Under the pieces are notes generated by a model that was given only the letters and a program-made list of their open reading frames with translations, was not told the origin of the DNA and did not search any database. A DNA stretch of 51,879 nt, taken from NCBI GenBank assembly GCA_044376155.1, contig JBILLI010000001.1:1-51879 (forward strand), read 5' to 3'. A program made the translations under genes and the position numbers. Shown piece after piece: positions 31,245 through 40,401 of the stretch; within the stretch, counting starts at the first letter, position 1; every line of letters starts with the position of its first letter. The DNA comes from Polyangiales bacterium (lineage in GTDB: Bacteria > Myxococcota_A > Polyangia > Polyangiales > Ga0077539).

Positions 31245-32073
31245 GCGCGACGCGCGCGTCGGTCCCACGGGACGCGCGCGGCGCGAGGCAGATGGCGCCG
31301 CCGAGGGACGCGGCGATGACCCCGAGGGTCCACAGGCCGCGGCTCGCGCGGTGGGGGCTGCGTCGCCACGTCGCGAGGCCGAGGGAGTCGCGCCACGCCG
31401 GCTCCACCCCCGGGCCGTCGTCGAGGACCCGCAGCACGAGGAATCCGTCGCTGACTTCGACCGAGGCCTGCGCCTCGACGCCGCCGCGTTGCAGCGCCTG
31501 CAGGGCGTTCTCAGCCAGGATCACCAGCGCGCTCTGCAGGGCATCTCCGCCCACCGTCGCGAGCTCGCCCGCGGGTTGATCGAAGCGCCAGCCAAACCCG
31601 TGACGCGCGTACTCCCGCTGGAGCGCGTGCTCGACCCGGTGGAGGCCGCCGGGGTCGTCGACGAGGCGGTCGCACACGCGCGGGAACCGCTCCGCGCGCA
31701 TCGATTGCACCGCGGCGAGGTCGTGGAGCAGGGACGCCGCCTCGCGCAGGTCGGGGTGGTCGAGGTCGGCGATCTCCACGCGCCCCAGCGCGGCGCCGAG
31801 CGGCGCTTGCAGGTCGTGCACGAGTCGGCGCGACGCGTCGGCGGCGAGCTCCACGGAGCTGCGCTCGCGCGCGTGGTCCGTCGGCGGGTCGAGCGAGACC
31901 CGCCAGCGATCGTCGCGCACCGCACGCACCATCACGGCCTCGCCGTCGGTGACGGTGGCCGAGAGCACCAGCGCGCCGGGGCCCAGGGACTCCCACGCCG
32001 GGGGGATGCGTGACGCGACCCGCGCGCCGGGCGCGTCGCCGAAGGCGTCGACGAGGCACTGGGCCAGCGACAT
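31207..32073 (-). CDS. Soluble histidine kinase (short sensor region, HisKA plus HATPase_c)
   Basis: H-box LVHDLQAPLGAAL. ATPase boxes (ILAENALQAL, LDDGPGV). ATG at 32073 is only 7 nt after the giant gene's stop, with GGAGG inside that gene's last codons. Confidence 0.75.
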   Translation of the reverse strand: MSLAQCLVDAFGDAPGARVASRIPPAWESLGPGALVLSATVTDGEAVMVRAVRDDRWRVSLDPPTDHARERSSVELAADASRRLVHDLQAPLGAALGRVEIADLDHPDLREAASLLHDLAAVQSMRAERFPRVCDRLVDDPGGLHRVEHALQREYARHGFGWRFDQPAGELATVGGDALQSALVILAENALQALQRGGVEAQASVEVSDGFLVLRVLDDGPGVEPAWRDSLGLATWRRSPHRASRGLWTLGVIAASLGGAICLAPRASRGTDARVALTLGPLQRASQG

Positions 32074-32080
32074 GTGGGGC

Positions 32081-35000
32081 TCAGCCTCCGACGAACAGAC
32101 GGGGGTTCGCGGGTCGCGCCCAGGCCACGGTCACGCCGAAATCGCTGCACTGGGTGTCAGGCGCGTTGATCTGCTGCGGGTTCACGCTGATCGCCGAGGC
32201 GCCGCCGCGGTAGATGCGCACCGCGAAGCTCCCGCTGAACTCGCAGCCGGAGTCAGGAAAGCCCACGATCATGTCGTCGCGCAGGTCGCCGTTGGTGTCG
32301 CCCGCGGAGGCGACGGCGTCTCCGTGGGCCCATCCGCTGACCCGAATGTCCACCGACGTGGCGCCCGCGCCGGCGGCGCCGCCGCTGTAGACGCGGAGCA
32401 TGGTGCCCTGCGCCGCGACGACCACGTCGCCGTAGCCGTCGCCGTTCACGTCGTCGATGCCCGACGCGGCGGCGTCGTTGCTCGGGAGCGACTCGGTGTA
32501 GGTCCGCGCAGGCGACGTGGTCATGCCCGCGCTGCCGCCGTGGTGCACGTTGGTCACGTGGAGCCCGTTCTGCCCCACGCGAAAGAGCCAGGTCGCGACG
32601 ATGAGGTCGGCGCGGCCATCACCGTTCACGTCGCCCGCGCTGTTGATGTCGCGGATGTTCGCCAGCGGCACGTAGTTCGTCGCCCCCGTGTTGGCCCCGA
32701 GGAACACCGACCAGCCCGTGGTGGAGGTGACGGCCACGTCGGAGAGGTCGTCGTCGTTCACCGTGCCGAGGCCGCGCACGAGGGTGCCGAAGCCCGGCTG
32801 CGTCGAGGCGAGCGTGCGCGCCGGGGTCGTCGAGATGCCCCCCGCGGCGCCGGCGTAGACCAGCGCGCGCAGGGCGCGGTTGGCGCCCACGATGACGTCG
32901 CCGTAGCCGTCGCCGTCGGTGTCGCCCGCCCACGAGGCGCTGACGCCGAAGCCCCCGGTGTTGGGGTTGCTCAGGGTCGTGCGCGTCGGGCTCAGACCCG
33001 TCGACGCCCCCAGGAACACGTGCGCCTGCTCGCGAGTGCTCTCGGCGACGAGGAGGTCGCCGAAGCCGTCGCCGTTCACGTCGCCCGCGCTCGAAACGGT
33101 CGAGCCAAAGCGCCCGCCGCTGACGGCGCCGTTGAGCGTCAGGCTCGGCGCCGAGGGCGGACCATTGATCGAGCCGTAGTACACGTACACCCGGTCGATG
33201 TTCGGCGCGCCCACGACCACGTCGGCGATGCCGTCGCCGTTGAAGTCGGGCACCGTCCCGCGCGCGGTGGATCGCGTGGCGGTGCGCGCCCCCACGAAGA
33301 ACTCCCACACCGGCGACGCGAGCGTGCCCACGTTGGTCCCGACGCGGCCGTAGAGGCGCCAGAAGTAGACGCCCTGCGCGAGCGTCGTGGCGAGCGTGTA
33401 CGAGGTGCCCGTGAGGTCCTGCTGGGTGATCACCGTGGCGCACGCGCGGTCCTGGCACACCTGCAGGCGCACGCCGTCCACCGGCGCGGCGGCGGCGGCC
33501 CAGCGCAGCGTCGGACGCTGCGAGGTCACCCGCGAGGTCGACATCGGGAACAACGGTCGGGGCGCGGCGATGCGCGCGCACCCGCTCCCCGTGTCGTAGA
33601 ACCCTGCGCTGCAGACGTATCCGCACACGCTGTTCACGCACGTCGCCGAGCCGCCGCCGACCCGCGGGCAGACGTTGCCGCAGGCGCCGCAGTTCGAGAC
33701 GTTGCCCGTGAGGTTGAGCTCGCAGCCATTGGTCGCGCCGCCGTCGCAATTGCCCCAGCCGCTGTTGCAGGCGCCGAGCCCGCAGCGGCCCGAGGTACAC
33801 ACCGCCGCGGCGTTCGCGTAGGAGCACGCGTTGCCGCAGGCGCCGCAGTTCGTCGCGCTGGTGTTGGTGTTGGTCTCGCAGCCGTTGGCGGCGTTGTTGT
33901 CACAATTGCCGAAGCCCGTGAGGCACGCCGCGATCGCGCAGACCCCGGCGGCGCAGGCCGGCGTGGCGTTGGGCAGGCTGCACGCGTTGCCGCAGGCGCC
34001 GCAGTTCGACGCGCTGGTGCTCGTGCTGGTCTCGCAGCCGTTGGCCGCGTTGCCGTCGCAGTTGCCGAAGCCCGCGTTGCAGCTCCCCACGCCGCAGACG
34101 CCGGCGCTGCACGCCCCCGTGGCGTTCGCCGGGGCGCAGGGCAGGCCGCAGCCGCCGCAGTTCGACGCGCTGGTGTTGGTGCTGGTCTCGCAGCCGTTGG
34201 TCGCGTTGCCGTCGCAGTTGCCGAAGCCCGCGTTGCAGGCGAAGCCGCAGGTCGACTGGAGGCAGACCGCGGCGGCGTTGCTGCGCGGCGGGCACACCAC
34301 CCCGCAGCCGCCGCAGTGGGACGCGTTGCGGGTGGTGTCGACGCACACGTTGCTGCAGTTGGTGAGGCCCGCGCAGTCTCGCGTGCACACCCCCGACGCG
34401 CAGAAGAACCCAGTGGCGCAAGCGTTTCCACACGTGCCGCAGTTCGCCGCGCTGGTGCTCGTGCTGGTCTCGCAGCCGTTCGACGCGTTGCCGTCGCAGT
34501 TGCCGAAGCCCGCGTTGCAGCTCCCCACGCCGCAGGCGCCACCGGCGCAGGCCGGGGTGGCGTTGGGCACGGTGCAGGCGTTGCCGCAGGCGCCGCAGTG
34601 GCTGGCGCTGGTGCCGGTGTTGGTCTCGCACCCGTTCGACGCGCTGCCGTCGCAGTTGCCGAAGCCCGCGTTGCAGCTCCCCACGCCGCAGGCGCCCGAG
34701 GCGCAGGTGGGCGTGGCGTTCGCGAGCGCGCACGCGGCGGCGCAGCGCCCGCAGTGCGAGGGGCTGGTGAGCAGGTTGGTCTCGCAGCCGTTGGAAGGGA
34801 CGCCGTCGCAGTCGCCCCAGTTGGTCGCGCAGCTCAGCACCACGCACGCGCCGGCGCTGCAGCCCGGCACCGCGTTGGGCAGGGAGCACCGGGCCCCGCA
34901 GCCGCCGCAGTGGTTCACGTCGCCGCGCGTGTCGGTCTCGCAGCCGTTGGTGACGCTGCCGTCGCAGTTGCCCCACCCCGCGGCGCACGTGATGCCGCAG

Positions 35001-38000
35001 GCGCCGCCGCCGCACGAGGGCGCGCCGTTGACGGCGCTGCACGCGTTCGCGCAGCGGCCGCAGTGCGACACCGAGGTGCTGGTGCTGGTCTCGCAGCCGT
35101 TGGCCGCGTTGCCGTCGCAGTCGCCGAAGCCCGCGTTGCAGCTGGCCACGGTGCAGGCGCCCGCGCTGCAGCCCGCGACGCCGTTGGCCGCCGCGCAGCC
35201 CTGGCCGCACGCGCCGCAGTGCGACACCGCGGTGCGCACGTCGGTCTCGCAGCCGTTGGCCGCGCTGCCGTCGCAGTTGCCCCATCCCCCGCTGCAGGTG
35301 ATGCCGCAGACGCCCGCGGCGCAGGTCGCCGCGCCGTTGGTGGTGTTGCACGCGTTGCCGCAGGCGCCGCAGTGGGCGGTGGCGGCGCCGAGGTTCGTCT
35401 CGCAGCCGTTGGCCGCGTTGCCGTCGCAGTCGCCGAAGCCCACGTTGCAGCGAAAGCCGCACATGCCGCCGCCGCAGGTGGGGGACGCGTTGGCGCGGGC
35501 GGGGCACGCGGTGCCGCAGCCGCCGCAGTTCGCGGGGTCGGTTCGGAGGTCGAAGCACTGCCCGGCGCAGAAGGTCAGCCCCGTGCCGCAGACGTTGCCG
35601 CACGCGCCGCCCGAGCACACCATGCCGGTGGTGCAGCCGACGCCGCAGGCGCCGCAGTGCGCGTTCGACGTCCGCGTATCGGTCTCGCAGCCGTTGGTCG
35701 TGCTGCCGTCGCAGTTGCCGAAGCCGGCGCTGCAGCTCGCCACGGTGCACGCGCCGCCCGCGCAGCCCGCGACGCCGTTGGCGACGCTGCACGCACGCCC
35801 GCAGGCGCCGCAGCTTGACGGGGTCGCGCGCAGGTCGGTCTCGCACCCGTTGCGGGGGTCGCCGTCGCAGTCGCCGAAGCCCGCGCTGCAGCTCCCCACC
35901 CCGCACGCACCGGCCACGCAGGCGGCGGTGGCGTTGGGCACGCTGCACGCACGCCCGCAGGCGCCGCACTGCGCCGTCGCGGTGTTGGTGTTGGTCTCGC
36001 ATCCGTTGGCGGCGTCGCCGTCGCAGTCGCCGAAGCCCGCGTTGCACGACGCCACGCCGCAGCGCCCGCCCGCGCAGCTCGGCGCGCCGTTGGCCACCGC
36101 GCAGGAGCGGCCGCAGGCGCCGCAGCTCCCGGTGGAGGTGCCGGTGTTCGTCTCGCATCCGTTGGCGGCGTCGCCGTCGCAGTTCCCGAACCCCGACGCG
36201 CAGGTGATGCCGCAGGCGCCAGACGCGCAGGTGGCCGTGCCGTTCGCGCTGCTGCACGCGCGCCCGCAGGCGCCGCAGCTCGTGGGGGCGACGCGGAGGT
36301 CGACCTCGCAGCCGTTGGCGGGGTTGCCGTCGCAGTCGCCGAAGCCCGGGTTGCAGGCGGCCACGGTGCATCGCCCGGAGCCGCAGGCCGCCACCGCGTT
36401 GGGGAGGTTGCAGGCGCCTCCGCAGCGGCCGCAGTGCGCCGTCGCGGTGTTGGTGTTGGTCTCGCAGCCGTTGGCGACGTTGCCGTCGCAGTCGCCGAAG
36501 CCCGTCGCGCAGGTGATGGCGCAGGCCCCCGCGCGGCACGACGCGGCGCCGTTCGTCGAGGGGCAGGCGTTGCCGCAGCGGCCGCAGTGGGAGGGCGTCA
36601 CCCGCGTGTCGACCTCGCACCCGTTGCTGGGGTTGCCGTCGCAGTCGGCGAAGCCCGCGCTACACGACGCCACGCCGCAGCGGCCACCCGCGCAGGTGGC
36701 GGTGGCGTTGGGGAGGCTGCAGGCCGCGCCGCAGGCGCCGCAGTGCGGGGCAGCGGCGAGCAGGTCGGTCTCGCAGCCGTTGGCCTCGTTGCCGTCACAG
36801 TCTCCGCGGGTGGTGGGGGCGCACACCCGCGTCGACTCGCAGCGCCCCGCGGCGCAGCGCGCGCCCGCGTTGGGGAAGGAGCAGGCGGTGCCGCACGCGC
36901 CGCAGTGCAGGGTGTTGACCCGCGTGTCGACCTCGCAGCCGTTGGCCGCGTTCCCATCACAGTCGCCGAAGCCCGCGGCGCAGGTGATGGCGCAGGCCCC
37001 GGCGCTGCACGACGCCGCGCCGTTTGTCGAGGGGCAGGCGTTGCCGCAGCGGCCGCAGTGCGCGGGGGCGCTGCGGGTGTCGACCTCGCACCCGTTGCTG
37101 GGGTCGCCGTCGCAGTCGGCGAAGCCCGGGTTGCACGAGGCCACCCCGCAGCGCCCCGCGGCGCACGCGCCCACGGCGTTGGGCGGCGCGCAGGCCATGC
37201 CGCAGCCGCCGCAGTTGCGCGCGTCGGCGCGGGCGTCGACCTCGCAGCCGTTGGTGGGCGCGCCGTCGCAGTCGGCGTACCCGTCGGCGCACACCGGGCT
37301 GCAGCGCCCCGCGGCGCACACGGCGGATCCGTTGGCCGGGCGGTCGCAGCGGGTGGTGCAGGTGCCGCAGTGGTCGGCGTCGGTGCGGGTGTCGACCTCG
37401 CAGCCGTTGCGGTCGTCGAGGTCGCAGTTCGCGAATCCCGGCGCGCAGACCAGCGCGCAGCGCGCCTCGGCGCACGAGGCGGTGGCATTGGGCCCCAGGG
37501 GGCACGCCGCCCCGCACGCGCCGCAGTGCGACGCGCTCATCGCCAGGGTCACCTCGCAGCCGTTGGTGGCATCGCCGTCGCAGTCGGCCGCGCCCGCGTC
37601 GCAGCGGAGGCCGCAGGTGCCCTCGTCGCACACCGCGGCGCTGGCCGCCCCCGCGGGGCAGACGTTGTCGCAGCGGCCGCAGTGACGGGGATCGGAGGTG
37701 CGGTCGGTGCAGACGCCGGCGCAGAGGTCTGGCGAAGGGGCGTTGCAGACCGCGGCGCAGCGAAAGCGCGGGCCGGCGCCCGTGGACGGCGCGCAGAGCG
37801 GGGCCGGGGGCATGCAGCGGGTGCCGCAGGCGCCGCAGTTCGTGGGCAGGGAGAGGTCCTCTTCGCAGCCGTTGGCAGGGTCGCCGTCGCAGTCCGCGAA
37901 GGGCGCCTCGCAGACGAGGTCGCAGCGCCCGGCGGTGCAGGTGGCGCGGGCGTTCGCCGCCGACGGACACGCGGTGCCGCACGCGCCGCAGTGGTCCACC

Positions 38001-38455
38001 GAGGTCGCGGTGTCGGTCTCGCAGCCGTTGCGGTCATCGTTGTCGCAGTTGCCGCGCGCCGGGTCACAGACGACCCGACAGACCTGGCCCTCGACGCAGC
38101 GCGTGAAGGGGTTGATCACCCGGCAGTCGTAGTCGGCCACGCACTGCGGTCGACACTGCCCGTCGCGGGTGCAGATCTCGTTCGGTCCGCACTCCGAGGC
38201 GTAGCGGCAAGGCGCGGGCGCGCCGGCGGGCACACAGATTCGACGGCTCGAGACCGGGTCGACGTGGCAGGTGCCGCCCGCGCAGTCGGCGTCGGTCATG
38301 CACGCCGTTCGGCAGCTCCCCGCGGCGCAGACCAGCGGCCGCTCGCAGTCCGAGTCGAAGGTGCACTGCAGGCCCCCTCCCGGCGGCGCGGTGCAGGCCA
38401 CCGCCGCGAGCATCACCCCAACGATCCAGGCCCGAACCAGCACGACCCCACGCAT
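32081..38455 (-). CDS. Giant (2124 aa) secreted Cys-rich repeat protein with C-terminal seven-blade FG-GAP/integrin-alpha-like propeller
   Basis: Signal peptide with possible lipobox (MLAAVAC). About 26 modules C-x2-GF[GA][DN]CD[GN]-x3-NGCE-x9-CGxCGxxC by my count. A fibronectin/Ig-like segment follows, then seven Ca-binding-type repeats. Confidence 0.9.
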   Translation of the reverse strand: MRGVVLVRAWIVGVMLAAVACTAPPGGGLQCTFDSDCERPLVCAAGSCRTACMTDADCAGGTCHVDPVSSRRICVPAGAPAPCRYASECGPNEICTRDGQCRPQCVADYDCRVINPFTRCVEGQVCRVVCDPARGNCDNDDRNGCETDTATSVDHCGACGTACPSAANARATCTAGRCDLVCEAPFADCDGDPANGCEEDLSLPTNCGACGTRCMPPAPLCAPSTGAGPRFRCAAVCNAPSPDLCAGVCTDRTSDPRHCGRCDNVCPAGAASAAVCDEGTCGLRCDAGAADCDGDATNGCEVTLAMSASHCGACGAACPLGPNATASCAEARCALVCAPGFANCDLDDRNGCEVDTRTDADHCGTCTTRCDRPANGSAVCAAGRCSPVCADGYADCDGAPTNGCEVDARADARNCGGCGMACAPPNAVGACAAGRCGVASCNPGFADCDGDPSNGCEVDTRSAPAHCGRCGNACPSTNGAASCSAGACAITCAAGFGDCDGNAANGCEVDTRVNTLHCGACGTACSFPNAGARCAAGRCESTRVCAPTTRGDCDGNEANGCETDLLAAAPHCGACGAACSLPNATATCAGGRCGVASCSAGFADCDGNPSNGCEVDTRVTPSHCGRCGNACPSTNGAASCRAGACAITCATGFGDCDGNVANGCETNTNTATAHCGRCGGACNLPNAVAACGSGRCTVAACNPGFGDCDGNPANGCEVDLRVAPTSCGACGRACSSANGTATCASGACGITCASGFGNCDGDAANGCETNTGTSTGSCGACGRSCAVANGAPSCAGGRCGVASCNAGFGDCDGDAANGCETNTNTATAQCGACGRACSVPNATAACVAGACGVGSCSAGFGDCDGDPRNGCETDLRATPSSCGACGRACSVANGVAGCAGGACTVASCSAGFGNCDGSTTNGCETDTRTSNAHCGACGVGCTTGMVCSGGACGNVCGTGLTFCAGQCFDLRTDPANCGGCGTACPARANASPTCGGGMCGFRCNVGFGDCDGNAANGCETNLGAATAHCGACGNACNTTNGAATCAAGVCGITCSGGWGNCDGSAANGCETDVRTAVSHCGACGQGCAAANGVAGCSAGACTVASCNAGFGDCDGNAANGCETSTSTSVSHCGRCANACSAVNGAPSCGGGACGITCAAGWGNCDGSVTNGCETDTRGDVNHCGGCGARCSLPNAVPGCSAGACVVLSCATNWGDCDGVPSNGCETNLLTSPSHCGRCAAACALANATPTCASGACGVGSCNAGFGNCDGSASNGCETNTGTSASHCGACGNACTVPNATPACAGGACGVGSCNAGFGNCDGNASNGCETSTSTSAANCGTCGNACATGFFCASGVCTRDCAGLTNCSNVCVDTTRNASHCGGCGVVCPPRSNAAAVCLQSTCGFACNAGFGNCDGNATNGCETSTNTSASNCGGCGLPCAPANATGACSAGVCGVGSCNAGFGNCDGNAANGCETSTSTSASNCGACGNACSLPNATPACAAGVCAIAACLTGFGNCDNNAANGCETNTNTSATNCGACGNACSYANAAAVCTSGRCGLGACNSGWGNCDGGATNGCELNLTGNVSNCGACGNVCPRVGGGSATCVNSVCGYVCSAGFYDTGSGCARIAAPRPLFPMSTSRVTSQRPTLRWAAAAAPVDGVRLQVCQDRACATVITQQDLTGTSYTLATTLAQGVYFWRLYGRVGTNVGTLASPVWEFFVGARTATRSTARGTVPDFNGDGIADVVVGAPNIDRVYVYYGSINGPPSAPSLTLNGAVSGGRFGSTVSSAGDVNGDGFGDLLVAESTREQAHVFLGASTGLSPTRTTLSNPNTGGFGVSASWAGDTDGDGYGDVIVGANRALRALVYAGAAGGISTTPARTLASTQPGFGTLVRGLGTVNDDDLSDVAVTSTTGWSVFLGANTGATNYVPLANIRDINSAGDVNGDGRADLIVATWLFRVGQNGLHVTNVHHGGSAGMTTSPARTYTESLPSNDAAASGIDDVNGDGYGDVVVAAQGTMLRVYSGGAAGAGATSVDIRVSGWAHGDAVASAGDTNGDLRDDMIVGFPDSGCEFSGSFAVRIYRGGASAISVNPQQINAPDTQCSDFGVTVAWARPANPRLFVGG
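32084..33253 (-). repeat. Seven FG-GAP-type repeats (beta-propeller) at the C-terminus of the giant protein
   Basis: DFNGDGIADVVVGAP, GDVNGDGFGDLLVAE, GDTDGDGYGDVIVGA, VNDDDLSDVAVTS, GDVNGDGRADLIVAT, DDVNGDGYGDVVVAA, GDTNGDLRDDMIVGF. Confidence 0.8.
33572..38068 (-). repeat. Coding tandem array of roughly 47-aa NGCE/CGxCG Cys-rich modules
   Basis: NGCE[TV][DNS] followed 9 aa later by [HNSQ]CGxCG recurs about 26 times. Interspersed are modules of the type seen in the 27-2531 gene (e.g. CGTGLTFCAGQCFDLRTDPANCGGCGTAC). Confidence 0.85.
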
Positions 38456-38565
38456 GGCTCACCCCTACCCCGACGGGCTCGCGCGGTCCACCCGCGCCCG
38501 ACAGGTGAGGAGAGTTCGCACGGGACCGTTGAAGGGAGATACAGTGTCCCTTCGTCTTGTACCTC

Positions 38566-39573
38566 ATGCGCCCCCTGCGTCCCCTCATCGCCGCCGCGGT
38601 CCTTGCCCTCGGTGGCGCCGTCTCGGCGCAAGATCCCTCCCTCCCCGAGAACCCGTACCAGCGCTCGCCCGACGACGTCGCGCACACCAACGCGGCGGCG
38701 CCCGGGAGCGCGACCCTCCTCGCGGCGGTGCCCGACCCCACGCGGCGACGGTACGCGGGGGTGTCGGAAGAGGACATCATCCGCGCGTTGCGCGCGCAGC
38801 CGGTGCTGGCGATGCGCGAGGTGGGCAACACGTCGATCAATCTCCGGTGCGACCTCGGGGGCGACATCGACGGGGCCTACAAGCCCTCCGAGACGCTGCA
38901 CCTCGAGCATTTCCGCGGTGAGATCGGGGCCTTTCGGGTCGCGCAGCTCCTCGGCGTCGAGCGCGTGCCCCCCGCGGTGCTGCGGCGCTTTCGCCGCGAC
39001 GAGCTCCCCAGCGGCGCGGCGCTCTCGCGGGTGCGCTTTCGCGAGGGGGTCTCGTGGGGCGCGATGATCTACTGGGTGCCGGTGCTGCGCTCGGCGCAGA
39101 TCTACTCGGGGCCCACCCTCGACCGCTGGACCCGGCTGCTCACCCAGGGCGAGGCCATCCCCGACGGCGAGCGCAACCGCGCCGAGGACGTGTCGACGGT
39201 GATCGCCTTCGACTTCCTCATCGGCAACTGGGACCGCTGGCACGGCACCAACACCCTGCAAGACCGCGACGGCCGCCTGGTGTTTCGCGACAACAACGGC
39301 GCGTTCTACGAACCCATGCCGCGGGGCCGCTACGAGATCATCCTCGCGTGGTTCCAGCGCGTGCAGCGGTTCTCCCGGTCGTTCGTGGCGCACGCCCGCG
39401 GGCTCACCCTCGAGGCCCTGCGCACCAGCATCGCCGACGACGCCCTGGCCGATGAGCCGCTGCTCAACGACGCCCAGCTCCGCGGGGTGCTGCGCCGACG
39501 CGACACGCTGGTGCAGTACGTCGACGCGCTGGTGTCGATCCACGGCGAGGCCGAGGTCTACGCGTTCCCCTGA
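38566..39573 (+). CDS. Secreted FAM20/Four-jointed-like protein kinase-fold protein
   Basis: Signal peptide MRPLRPLIAAAVLALGGAVSAQD. The blocks GAYKPSE, GEIGAFRVAQLLGVERVPPAVLRRF, AFDFLIGNWDRWHG and VFRDNNGAF parallel human FAM20C blocks (recalled) [45 protein letters not shown] and IHLDNGRGF. ATG 38566 is preferred over TTG 38557. Confidence 0.65.
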   Translation: MRPLRPLIAAAVLALGGAVSAQDPSLPENPYQRSPDDVAHTNAAAPGSATLLAAVPDPTRRRYAGVSEEDIIRALRAQPVLAMREVGNTSINLRCDLGGDIDGAYKPSETLHLEHFRGEIGAFRVAQLLGVERVPPAVLRRFRRDELPSGAALSRVRFREGVSWGAMIYWVPVLRSAQIYSGPTLDRWTRLLTQGEAIPDGERNRAEDVSTVIAFDFLIGNWDRWHGTNTLQDRDGRLVFRDNNGAFYEPMPRGRYEIILAWFQRVQRFSRSFVAHARGLTLEALRTSIADDALADEPLLNDAQLRGVLRRRDTLVQYVDALVSIHGEAEVYAFP

Positions 39574-40310
39574 TCGAGCGCGGCGAGGTCGAGGCGGTGG
39601 GTGCGCAGCGTGGGGGGCGCGCCGCGCACGCCCCAGGCCACGGAGAGGGTGTGCTCGGGCGTGGGGTCATGGCGCGCGAACCACCAGCGCTCGGCCTGGT
39701 CGTCGAAGCCTGGCGCGAAGGCCACGCCCCGCGGCGTCTCGTCGTCGTCGACGTGAAACGCGAAGCGCTGCAAGGGGATCGCGAGCCCCAGGGCCCGGGC
39801 CTTGATGTACGCCTCCTTGAGGGTCCAGAGGGTGAAGAAGCGCGGCCGCTGGCGGTGCGCGGGCAGCGCGCGCAGCGCATCGAGCTCCGCGGGGGCGAAG
39901 TACCGATGGGCGACGGCCACGGTGTCTCCCCGCCGCGGGTGCCACTCGACGTCACACCCCGCGTCGGCGCTCCGTGAGACGACCATCGCGAGCATCCCGC
40001 GGGTGTGCGAGAGGTTGAAGTGCAGCGGGCGCGGGAGCGATGGGGCGGCGACGAAGGGGCGACCGTGCGCGTTGGGCGAGAAGCGCCACGCGTGCGGCGC
40101 GACGTCGGCGTAGTGCGACAAGACGTGGCGCACCATGCGGCGCGCGCGCAGGTGCTCGTCGCGGGCGCGGGGGTGGTTCATCGCGTCGTGCCGCGCGCGC
40201 TCCTCGGGGGAGAGCGCGGTGAGGCCGTGGGTGAGCTCCCGCGCGTCGCAGGGCTCCGGCGCGTGCAGCAGCCAGAGGTCGAGGTGGTGGTCGTCGAGGG
40301 GCAAACGCAT
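39558..40310 (-). CDS. Sfp-type 4'-phosphopantetheinyl transferase
   Basis: 250 aa. FNLSHTRGMLAMVV, GCDVEW, FTLWTLKEAYIKARALG (W/KEA motif). Confidence 0.85.
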   Translation of the reverse strand: MRLPLDDHHLDLWLLHAPEPCDARELTHGLTALSPEERARHDAMNHPRARDEHLRARRMVRHVLSHYADVAPHAWRFSPNAHGRPFVAAPSLPRPLHFNLSHTRGMLAMVVSRSADAGCDVEWHPRRGDTVAVAHRYFAPAELDALRALPAHRQRPRFFTLWTLKEAYIKARALGLAIPLQRFAFHVDDDETPRGVAFAPGFDDQAERWWFARHDPTPEHTLSVAWGVRGAPPTLRTHRLDLAALDQGNA

Positions 40311-40401
40311 GGGCGCGGCGTCGCCGAGAGAGACCCCATCGAGGGCCCCTCGTCAACCGTCGCCCCTGGACGCCGCCGCGACGCCCCGGCACCCTCGCGC
40401 G

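Noticed and set aside
31949-37685. Very long alternative-frame ORFs over the giant gene (31949-35818 +, 33831-37685 +, 33900-36620 -)
   Set aside because: The striking periodic antisense product (PQAPQF..SQPL..LPSQLPKPALQ) is the mirror image of the Cys-Gly-Ala codon repeat, since GCA/TGC, GCC/GGC and CAG/CTG are reverse-complement pairs. These ORFs have no start context or signal peptide. The - strand frame 32081-38455 explains the region fully.
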